From NCBI RefSeq assembly GCF_046119375.1, contig NW_027362767.1:246884001-246948000 (forward strand): a stretch of DNA of 64,000 nt, in the 5' to 3' direction. This document shows positions 26,301 to 36,605 of this stretch, one piece after another. Each line of letters opens with the position of its first letter. Position 1 is the first letter of the stretch. The translations under genes and the position numbers were made by a program. The DNA is from Phyllobates terribilis (lineage: Eukaryota). A model generated the notes under the pieces. That model searched no databases and was not told where the DNA came from. It saw only the letters and a program-made list of their open reading frames with translations.

Positions 26301-28939
26301 CCTACTCTTGAAGGATATATCTCAGAAGAGAGCATTCTTGTTAAAATGGGAAAAAGAGTTGGGTACCTCTTTTACTGAATCCCAAAGCAAACAAATATAT
26401 AATTTCTCACATGGTCCTTCACAATGTGTCAGGGTTCAAGAGAACTCCTATAAAATAACCTCTCAATGGTACACAACACCCATCCAGACTCATAAATGAT
26501 TTTCTACTACCCCAGAGCTTTGTTGGAGGTGTGAAAGGGATAAAGGATCTTAATTACACAAATGGTGGAATTGCCCAGTTATTCAAAGATTCTGGAAAAT
26601 GGTATCCCAAACCCTATTTGAACTGCTACATATACACTTGACCTTAACCCCAGAACACATATTCTTAAACCTCCCCATTAAATCGGACAAAAAATTCCTA
26701 TCTTAATTAGTTTATTTTGTTCTATCGGCGGGTAAGCTTCTCATACCACCACTTTGGAGCACACCTGATTTACCAAGCAAGAAGCAATTGCTTCTCAAAA
26801 TTGACTAATTATTCCAAACTGAACAACTGGCAGACTTGTCAATGCAAAATCTCGCCTCCTTTTATCAGGTTTGGACTCCATGGCAGAAATTCAGAAACTC
26901 AGCTTCCTTCCTATCCTCTATCACATAAACTGTCTCAACATTTTAAAGTACGCTATTTTTACTTTTAACCTCTTCATACAGTGATTGGACCACCCCCCCC
27001 CCCTGCTCACTTTCCCATCCCCTTCTCTTCCTCCCCTTTTTATCCAAGTTTCCTTTTCCTCATACCCCAGTTGATTATTTGAACCTTTCATTTTTTTTAT
27101 GCATTCTTGTTTCTCGTTTTCTTACATTGTCATTACTTATATATGGAGACAAAACGGTCTCTCTTTTATGTTATACACTGTCTATATGTTCAAACTGAGT
27201 CATCTCTATTATTGTGTATTGCTGCAATCTACATGACAATACCTTGTACCTCAAATTCAAGTCTTTAAAAAATTTGCTGTACCTTTTTTCTACATGATTT
27301 GATTCAGCTTGAAAAATTGAATATGTTATCTGTTATATCTAATTCTTTAATAAATAAAACATTGAAAACAAAACAAAATAAGTGTATCTGGAGGACTGTT
27401 CCAGATTCAAAAGATTTCATCAATGTATCTATGCCAGCAAATTGAATGTTGCATAAATAAATCATTTCTATAGATGTATTTGTTTTCTAGATGCTAATAT
27501 GGCAGTTGGCATAGGCAGGTACCACATTGGACCCCATGGCTGTGCCTCAAATTTGGAAATAGAATTTGTCTCTAAAAAGAAAAAATGTTTCATGTAAGAC
27601 AACAGTGAGAAGATCAATACATAGTTGAATAGAATCATGGGACAGGTGAGAATTATTGAGCGTATCAATTACATTACAGCCTGTAAGCCCTTGTCATGTT
27701 TAAAAGAGGTGTATAAGCTGTTAACATTGAGAGTGACCATTTTGCTGTCTGGGGCAACCGTTGATAAATTTCTAATGGTCTAAAGAAAGTGGCCTGTATC
27801 TAGTGTGAAGGATGCCGCTTTCTTGAGCAAAGGAGTAACAATTTCCTTCAAATAGGTGGATAATGATGAAAGAATAGAGTCAGTGGAGATGACTATGGGG
27901 CATGCCTGTGAATTCTATAGGGATTTATATATTTTTGAAAAAAAGTAAAACATCACGGTCACTGGGTGTGGATTGGTGAGGAAAGTGACGGTCTTTTGAT
28001 TAATGGTGTTATTGTTTTGATGTATGGTGATCTTCTGATGGAGCTTGTGATGGTAGAAGTGGGATCATAAGGAATTTTCTTGTATGTGGTTTCTGTCTGT
28101 AGGTGAATTTTACAACTGCGGCCTGATAAAGAACAGCGTTATTGACGTCTTTGTACCGTTTCTGCCTTTGGAATCAGAGTATGTGAAGATGTTCATTAGA
28201 GCAGAGCTTGAGCGGCCGGGAAGAAAAGTAGATAAGAAGTTTGTCTGCAGGATTGCCAAAGGCGTAGATTATTTTTTTCAATCAGATCATTTTTTATTGT
28301 GAAAGATATTAAGATACATTCACATTTTAATTAGTTTTTAGAAGAGACAATCAAAACTAAATAAAAGAAAGGAAACACAAATAAAAAAAACATAAGTCAA
28401 CCAAATACAAACCGGTTCCTATTAATGGTCATCGTAGGTATTATCATTCGTTTACTACAAATTACATATATGGATACAAATATAAATGAATACCATCTGA
28501 CTGCTGGTGTATTGCATTAAAATACAGAGAACCAGAGCATTTACATGTAATTATTTTTGACACTTTTGTTTTCCAAGATCTAACACTTTGGGTGTGAAAG
28601 GCATGGATTATTACCGCAAGGAGGAACAATTTTTTTAAAAAATGGCTGCAAAAATGTGCACATACGGGTGCACAATCATTCCACAAGCTATAGAAATTTC
28701 TACCATACAGCAGATTGAAGACATAAAATCGAAAATAAAAAATACCTTCCAAACTGGTGTGTCTTCATTATTGCTGTCACGAGCATTGCCTGCCTCAAGC
28801 CCTGTTTCACAAAAGTGATGTGCGACATTAGTTTTCCCATGCGCTGTTATGAAACATGGCTATAAGTAATTAAGCAGGCATGTATCACATGTGAATCGTA
28901 CAGCACAAGAAAGAGAACTGATGGAGTCACGTGGCCTAA

Positions 28940-29606
28940 TATGACAGCGGTGGGTGTGGAAACACTGCGCCACTGGCCGGGCTTACCCTGGAAGGGCATG
29001 ACTAGGTAACTACCTGGTCTTCACTAGAGCCTCTGATAGTGAGGATAGGCTTGGGCCATTAGGGTAGTCACCAGTTGCCACTCCAGGGCAGTCCCCGGAC
29101 CTGTAGCAGCTGACCCACGGGTCAAGGGATAAATGCGAGGCACAGGGGCAAAGGTGATCCAAGGTCAGGGCGGGCAGCACAAGATCAAAATATGAAGCCG
29201 GGGTCAGGAGTCGAGAGGTCAGACAAAACAAGTGAACAAGCCGGTTTGCTAACAGGAGAGTCAAAGCAAACATGCACATTGACAGATTAATTACTTGAGA
29301 TGGACTGGAACTGCGAACCTAAGTTCAGGTAAGTTGTGGAGGGAGGAGCTGCCTAATATATCCACTGCTGGCAGGGGATTGGTCAGGAAAGCAAAACTCT
29401 GAAGGACACAGAGGGATAAATTCTTGCAGAATCTGGCCGTGCCTCCCTATAGCCAGGTGGAGACTCTCCAGCAACAGGGGAATCCAGCAGTGCTGGAAGT
29501 GCTACAAGAGGCAGTTCAGCGCGATGGCCTAACACTGGGAGGAGTAGAGCGGTGAGCGTAGTGAGTAGGACAGAGCTGAGAAAACATGCAAGTTATCAGC
29601 GTGACA
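28940..29606. mobile_element. Solo LTR
   Basis: Termini TATGAC...GTGACA with TSD CCTAA (28935-28939 and 29607-29611). Confidence 0.75.
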
Positions 29607-29843
29607 CCTAATCTTGTCAGGGGTAAGCTAATTTAATGGGGTGTAAATTACACATTTGCTGACGGTTGCACAGATACATGTTTTTGAAATAGGAAATTAT
29701 CCCTGTTAACCCATTTAAGGACCCATATAAATTATTAGTAAAAAATCAGGATTAGATCTGTGAACCCCTTACTAGAATTCAAAATAAAATGTAAAAATGC
29801 GTTTTGAACTAACAAAGTGTATAAAACAACTTGTTCTTGACAC

Positions 29844-31534
29844 TGTCAAGCAAGGTGTGGGAAAGACTAAGTGCAACACGAAAGGAAAAGGGGGAGGAAG
29901 CCCAAAAACTAGGGAAAGGAGGAGTGGAGACCCCTAGGCAGATCTAATATCACCCTGCCTACCCTACAGTCCCTATATAGGTTCCACACCTATCGCCGAG
30001 CGGGACCCTAAACCCTGGATGACCCTAAAGCTTGGCCCTAGTTAGGGAGGGGGAGGGGTGAGCACTGGTCAGGCCCCACTAGAAACTAAAGACAACAAGG
30101 TAAAAAAAGGGGATTAACTTAGCTTGAGCAGACAACAGAGGAGTAACGCCAACTGTCCTTCAAGGGCACCAGAGAAGACGCTAGCCGACTGCTAGTGCTC
30201 CTAGCCTGTACATAGAAGTATCACCGGCGATTAGCTGGAGCAAATTCAGAGTTTTTAACTTCCATGCAAGGGTGTGTCAATCAGCAGCAGGAGGGAGGTC
30301 GCCAATGGGTCTTAAAGGAAGAAGGATTAAGAAAGTGTCTTCAATGCCAAGTGCAGTGACCTTCTATAGCCAGATCCAGAGCGACTGTCTATTACACCTG
30401 ACACACCCGTGACAGTGCCCCTTCTTCTACGAGTGACCTCCGGACACTCAGGACCAGATTTCTCAGGATAAGAGGTGTGGAATGCACAAACCAACCTGGG
30501 GGCATTCACCTCTGATGCTGAAACCCACATCCTCTCCTCTGGACCATAACCCTTCCCGTGCACCAAGTACTGTAGGGAACGACACTGGAGACGAAAATCT
30601 ACAATCCTCAAAATCTGAAACTCCAAATCATCAACCATGATTGGGGGCGGCGGTAGGGGAGAGGATTCAAGAGGTTCTACATATTTCTTGAGCAGAGACA
30701 TGTGAAAGACATTGTGGATCTTAAGGGCCTGAGGTAGCTCAAGACGAAACTCTGCTGGGTCAATGACAGCAGTTAATTTATAGGGACCAATAAATCTAGG
30801 TCCCAGCTTCCAGGAAGGAACCTTCAACTTGATATTCCTGGTAGACAACTACACAAAGTCATTCACACTCAGTTCCAGACCTGGTGAGCGTTTCCTGTCA
30901 GCCATATGTTTGTACCTGTCTCCCAGGATCTTCAAATTACTCAGAATCCCCTGCCATACCGAGGAGAGCGGCAAAGAAAAACGTTCCTCCTCAGGAACTC
31001 CCGAAGCCCCTCCCCCACTAAAAGTACCGAACTGTGGATGGAAACTGTATGCACAAAAGAACGGTAACCTCTCGGTAGATTCTTGGCAATGATTATTAAT
31101 AGCAAATTCACCTATCGCCGAGCTGGACCCTAAACCACGGATGGCCCTAAAGCTTGGCCCTAGATAGGGAGGGGTGAGCACTGGTAAGGCCCCACTACAA
31201 ACTAAAGACAACAAGGAAGACAAACAAAGGGGATTAATTTAGCTTGAGCAGACACCAGAGGAGTAACGCCAACTGTCCTCCAAGGGCACCAGAGAAGACG
31301 CTAGCCGACTGCTAGTGCTCCAAGCCTGTATCTAGAAGTATCACCTGCGATTGCCTGGAGCAAACTGAGGGTTTTTAACTCCCATGGAAGGCTATGTCAA
31401 TCAGCAGCAGGAGGGAGGTCATCGATGGGTCTTAAAGGAAGAAGGATTAAGAAGGGGTCTGCAATGCCAAGCGCAGTGACCTTCTACAGCCAGATCCAGA
31501 GCGACTGTCTATTACACTTGACACACCCGTGACA
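29844..31534 (-). mobile_element. Internally deleted chromovirus gypsy element (two LTRs plus integrase C-terminus and chromodomain)
   Basis: TSD GACAC (29839-29843 and 31535-31539). LTR 29844-30414 and a partial second LTR at about 31105-31534. The internal ORF reads KLGPRFIGPY...IHNVFH.SLLK...YLVHGKGYGPEERMW. Confidence 0.87.
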
Positions 31535-32004
31535 GACACCTTGTATTGTGGCCAATTAGTTCTATGTAAAATTCTGATTTATAGATCAAGTTTTCCTCTA
31601 GAAATTTTAGTGTGAAAAGTTGTAATTTAATAAACCAAAGTGTGAACAATCCTTCAGGTATGAAAAATTCTACACAACATATTACCCAGTGGATAAATAG
31701 ACCCAATGTAAGGGATGCACTAAAAACTAACTTTTAATAATTTCATTTAAAAGTGGTCTATATTTAAAACTACTAAAGTGGACCTGTCTTATATCCTTAT
31801 GTAGGAGGGTTTCCTAACATTAGTACACCGCTATAATCAGTTACAGATAATCAACATCTCGTTATTTGGGGTTACTTCCCTGACTAGATCATGGCTGCAG
31901 TCCATGCATCTAAGTAACCTTTTATAGATGTATCTATTTCATTTCCATCCTGACAGGTGACACTCCAGAAACTAAAAAGCATTCAAATATAGCTCTCATG
32001 ACCG

Positions 32005-32091
32005 GTTTCGTCTATACAGGCTTTATCAGGGGGCCAGAGTATCTGGGGGAGCTATACTCTGGCCCCCTGATGAAGTTTGTATAGGCGAAAC
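32005..32091. repeat. Fold-back repeat with a decayed hammerhead-ribozyme-like core
   Basis: 38-bp arms with an 11-nt loop. The right arm has CTGATGA (32067) ... GAAA (32087). Confidence 0.6.
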
Positions 32092-32189
32092 TGTATTTCA
32101 GTGCTTTTTACCAAACCCTCCTGCATAAGTTAGTTTTCAAAGTTGTCATTTGTCCCTAATTTGCTGACACTTTCCAGGCACTGTCCTGC

Positions 32190-32520
32190 AAAACGTAGAT
32201 TTATTTCATAGGTAAAACATGGAATTCACTGAGTGAGGAGACGGTAATGTCAGATTCACTACACCAGTTCAAGCGGGGACTGGATGCATTTCTAGATACC
32301 AGGCAGATTTCAGCATATACTTAAAAATAAAATAAAATAGTAGGTTGATACAGGGATTTATTCTGACTGCTGGTTTCAGAGTCGGGAGGGAATTTTTCCT
32401 CAGGTGAAGATTGGCTAAATCATTTGGGGTTTTTGCCCTCCTCTGGATCAACTTTAGCAATTACAGAACTAACAGGTCGAACTTGATGGACGCAAGTCTT
32501 TATTCGGCTTTACAAACTAT
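32190..32520 (+). mobile_element. CR1 LINE 3' fragment
   Basis: GGAATTCACTG...AGGGACTGGATGCATTTCTAG...CAGGTCGAACTTGATGGAC, typical of CR1 3' ends. Confidence 0.6.
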
Positions 32521-34040
32521 GTTAAGTATTTACTTAATCAGACAGGTCAGTAGAGTTTATCGGTCCTTATTCAAGGGGTGTGAAGAATATTGGAGATATA
32601 ATTCCATGTCAATCATTTGTATCCTATTTGGCATGGGATTATAAAAAATCATTCAGTGTGCAGTTGTAACTGAACATCCAGCAGCAGCAGGGGGCATCAA
32701 GTGTCCAAAGACTGTGAGTGACAGATCACACACCCTGAGCTGCTCAGCTCAGAGCAAAAAGCTTGCTTGCCATGTGGATACCATGATGTCTAAGTTGCTT
32801 TAAGTCTATGATTTCATAAGGAGTAATGGAGATACTATACTTCCTATCCGTACATCGTGTACATTTCTGAGATCCCCAGACTGAACCGGACGCCTTCCAG
32901 GGTCTCGATCCGTTCTGGCCTCACAGGGTGGGGGGATACATAGAATAGCTGGTAGGAAACTGATAGCAAAGCTGTATTTGGTCTTAACGCCTAGCGGAGG
33001 CTCAGCTGGATCTGATGGTATCAGAACCGCCTCCCTACGACCGTCCATTAAGGAGTTATGACCCATCTGAGGGGGACTTAGGTACGACCCAGAGGGCAAG
33101 AGGGGAGTGACCCAAAAGGGGATAAAAGCTAGTGTAAGGCCATGTGGTCTCTCTCTCTCTGATGCATGCGGTCCACTTCGAACAGAGGGGCGTCATGTTG
33201 AGTAAAGTGCTGTGAAGGACCCAGCTGGAAGCCGATGCCCCTGAGGCCCAGCACACACATGGTCTGACATGACATCGGTAATTGACATGATCCATCTGCT
33301 TATATCTTTTGTACTATACCCTGTATTTGCATATCTGACCATTGTATATGTATAACCTTCTTGTATATAGTGTATTGTCTAGTGTGCCCTTAAGGCGCTT
33401 AAATATATAATTTAACATTGGGCTGCTCTTATTCCTTGATCCACAAATCCATACATCCGTTTCTTGGTTTCATTTTCCATGCTACTGGGGCTGGTTTCTG
33501 GCCCGATATAACCTTGTTAATGGACCAGAAGTATATCGAACAAGGAACTGGTGGCAGTCCGACCTGGCTGACCAGGTACTGTTTCACTGGTGCTAGTGAA
33601 AGGGGCCTCTCAGCCTGCCAGGGGTGTGAGCGAGTGTGGTGCCATGTCAGTGACTATGTGGGCCACATCCTCTCACTCCCCGTGCCTCCCTGGGCCCATG
33701 TGGACAGGGGGTGTCTGTGTAAGGTTGTGCGAAGCTGACCTTACGTGCCCCCAGGGGGAGCGGAACATTGTATTGGTACAAGTGAGGAGACTTTACCATG
33801 TGATCCCGCTGACGTAATATTGACGTTAGGTGGGGTGGCGAGATGTGGATTCCTCACATGTGATGGCAGCGCAGTAGGATTGAGATAATAGTGTGGGACC
33901 CATACTCCCAGATGCTAAAGACTACCCACAGTAGCTTTTGCTGCTGCGGTCCTAAGATCAGGTCAGCATTAGACAGTCCGAGTGCAAATGCTGTAAGGTG
34001 TGTGGATGCATCAGGTTGAAGCTCTGTGTCAGTGACCAAA

Positions 34041-34383
34041 GAGTCAAGTAGAGTTCAAACGTTTTTTCTTGCGCTGCTGGTCCACCATATGGAAAGGACA
34101 TTTCAGGAATCCAGAGCTTCCATTAAAGGATTTTATTTCCGTTTTTTACACTTTAAAATCAACGTGTTTCAAAGTCTTTCCGACTTCTTCATCCGGACAT
34201 AATATAAAAGAGATTTGTTATATTATGTCCTGATGAAGAAGTCGGAAAGACTTTGAAGCACCTTGATTTTAAAGTGTAACAAACAGAAATAAAATCATTT
34301 AATGGAAGCTCTGGATTCCTGAAATGTCCTTTCCACGTGATAGACCAGCAGCGCAAGAAACATGTTTGAACTCTACTTGACTC
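34041..34383. repeat. About 165-bp-arm fold-back element carrying hammerhead-like cores (Penelope-terminus-like)
   Basis: The arms are reverse complements centred at about 34212. The right arm reads CTGATGA-AG-AAGTC-GGAAA-GACTT-TGAAG, followed by AATAAA. Confidence 0.7.
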
Positions 34384-36439
34384 CTTCCTTCGGTCTTTTG
34401 ACCCATGGTTCTGCAGCAGATGGTATTAGCATACATAAGGTTACAGGAGGCAACCTGTAAAGGTGAGCATAAAACCTTTTTTTACTGACATTGATTTTAT
34501 CAGTTAAAGCCCTAGTTTGCGCTCTTTTTGCTTGCAGCAATTTCACATCAATGACCAAAGAGTACAAGGACGGCCAGTGACACCAGGGGCAGAGCCAGGG
34601 AGATGGCCAGTGCTACGGACGGTGGGCAGGAGGTGGAAGACAATGTTGCTCAAACAGAGGGGGAGTCCAGCCTAGGCTCACCAAGGAGCAGTTGCGGGCG
34701 GTCAGTCCCGCAGTGGGCCACTCACCACCTGCCCATACTCCCAGCCAGGCAGACTTGAATACACTTCTGCAAGCTGCCCTGGTCAGACTCGAGGCAGGAG
34801 ACAAGGTCGTCTACGAGACCCTCATAGCAGCAGCAGAACGTCACGAGACAGAGGAAGCTGCAGAATGTCAACGGGATCGCGAACACCAGCAACAAATGCT
34901 TCGGCTCCAGCCCCACCCGCAGATTTGGATACATGAGGTCACATGACAACTAGATGTGCGCCGCTGCCTCACTCAATACAAGTGAATTGAGTAAGGCTGG
35001 ACAGGTCTCGTCGGAATGTGGCCGGAATTATGCAAATCGCATACTTGCAGACATACCATGATCGCCCACTTGTGGTGCCGGCATCGGAGAATCCTGAGGA
35101 TTCACAAGTCTGTAGTTACATAGAGTAACTGCAGACTTGAGTCCCAAGCCTGGACAACCCTTTTAAGGTGATAAATATAGAATATTTGAACGTGGTCTAA
35201 CTTGTTAGTCAAGGGCTAAGCTAATGTCATAGTCCATGAGTCACCAATTGGAACTTCCATCACAGATTCTGTCATTTTCACCTAGATACTAGCAGAGCAC
35301 GTCCTATTTCTTCTGAAATAATGACGAACACCTTACAGAAACCAGACAAACCCCCATGGGATTATGAATCACATAATTGTACACAAAACACTCAGGCTAT
35401 GTTCACACAAGACTTTCTTTTAAAGGACTTAATTGCAGCAATCCACTAGAAAATCTTCCTCAAGAATGCTTGCAAAACTCTTCCTATTCATTTCTATGGA
35501 AAATCCACTTTTTAAACTTTTTTCTTTCCCTTGATGACAAAACAAATCTATAACATTATGGAATCCGCTCCAAACTGGGCAAAGTTGCAAAAAAAAAAAT
35601 CTCTTCCAAAAATGCTTCAAGAAAACACCTCCAAAAACTCCCCAAAAAAGGAACGTTTCCTCGAACTTTTATTTCAACTCCTGAAAAAAAGACCAGAGGA
35701 AATGTCATGGCAGAAACTTTATGGCCACAACCGCCTTTATTAAAGCTCAACCATTGTAGACGGTACAGACTGCTGAGCTTGGTGATTGGCTGCAGCCAAA
35801 ACACTGAGACAGAAACAGAGAGGCTGGTGCGGGGGAGGGTGTGTGTGATCTGATCTTGTTATTTTCCATGCATTCTATCATTTGGGGGCACCTTTTTTTT
35901 CTTAACGTGTTTAACCCTTTTAATTGAAGGCCGTCAGGTATGAGGCGGCGCTCAGGGCCCCCGTCCAGCGGGCATAGATTACAGACGTGGCCGATGGACC
36001 CGGTCCTGCCAGTCGGTTGGCACCAACTCTAGCTTTCAACCACCTTGAATTGGAGGCAAGTGATTGGCTAATCGGGTATTTTCTCCCATTTCCAGTGGGT
36101 CGAAACGTTAACAGGAAGTAGGGACCACCAGGGACCCTGCCATTGACCCTGTGAGTGTTAAGGGTGCTGCAGGGAGGGTATCAATTTTTATTTTTTTTAA
36201 ATAATTTCAGCCCCCTCTTATAAAAACAATGTTGTTGCCCATAGCAACCAAATTTTAGATCTATTTTTTTCTGAGAATCTCTGAAAATGTAAGAAGCAAT
36301 CTGACTAGTTGCTATGGGCAACAGCTCCACATTTGCTTAGCCTAGCAAGCTGAAGGTAATATAAAAAGCTGCATTCTGGAGAAAGTAGTCACATATCAGA
36401 TGCCCTCCTTACTAGAACATGAACATCACTGGCACTATA

Positions 36440-36605
36440 TTTACCTAAATCCGCCCGACCACCTCGAAACCTACAGAAATAGTGAAACATACAATCCAAG
36501 TTTTCTGCCCTTGTTAGAAATGGCCGCCGCCGCGGTGCGGAGGAAGTGACGTCATGTCTGGTCAGTTGAGAGTGCCCGCCCGCCTGGTTTTTCCTTATCC
36601 GGGCT
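36440..36605 (+). promoter_or_regulatory. CpG-rich promoter of the torsin-1-like gene
   Basis: GC box CCGCCC at about 36451 and an overlapping ETS-CRE motif GGAAGTGACGTCA at 36542-36554. Confidence 0.7.

Larger units (their letters stand above)
16694..27376 (+). mobile_element. L1/Tx1-clade LINE, 5'-truncated, ORF2 degraded, interrupted by LTR insertions
   Basis: APE endonuclease from 17267 (LANFNTHGLNSP, LLQETH, NLYAPN, SDH after 23789). RT at 24622-25353 (DTEKAFDRV, GTRQGCPLSPLLF, FADD). CWRC...H.WW.CP knuckle at about 26520. A-rich tail to 27376. 19-bp TSD AATAAGTGTATC(A/T)GGAGGA at 16675-16693 and 27377-27395. Confidence 0.92.
15800..28070 (-). mobile_element. Penelope-like element (RT + GIY-YIG), degraded and split by the L1 insertion
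   Basis: Minus-strand fragments: F.DKFYFQI*GTAMGSNV.PAYAN (about 27500-27590); WHRYIDEIF*IWNSPPDTLIAFVSFLN, continuous across the L1 junction; LDTSV...LYSKPTDCNSLLHYSS.H (16384-16599); CLFYVGESTQ (GIY-YIG, 15961-16143). Outer ends are approximate. Confidence 0.85.
11647..28334 (+). pseudogene. Torsin-1 family pseudogene (exons 2-5)
   Basis: Exon 2 (11647-11899): [17 protein letters not shown]...GLTGSGKT, with TAG at 11652 and a frameshift (253 nt vs 266 nt in the intact paralog). Exon 3 (13499-13671): DQLDAWIRGNVS...FIFDDIDKMHPG, with a frameshift and TAA. Exon 4 (15171-15250): partial, with stops; its donor GTGAGTATGA is identical to the paralog's. Exon 5 (28103 to about 28334): LIKNSVIDVFVPFLPLE..YVKMFIRAEL; the KGCK motif is lost and frameshifted. 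Exon 1 not found. Confidence 0.9.

Noticed and set aside
32800-34946. Possible LTR and gag N-terminal fragments (e.g. ORF 34692-34946 ending REHQQQMLRLQ)
   Set aside because: Termini, TSD and diagnostic motifs could not be established by eye, so it is left uncalled.
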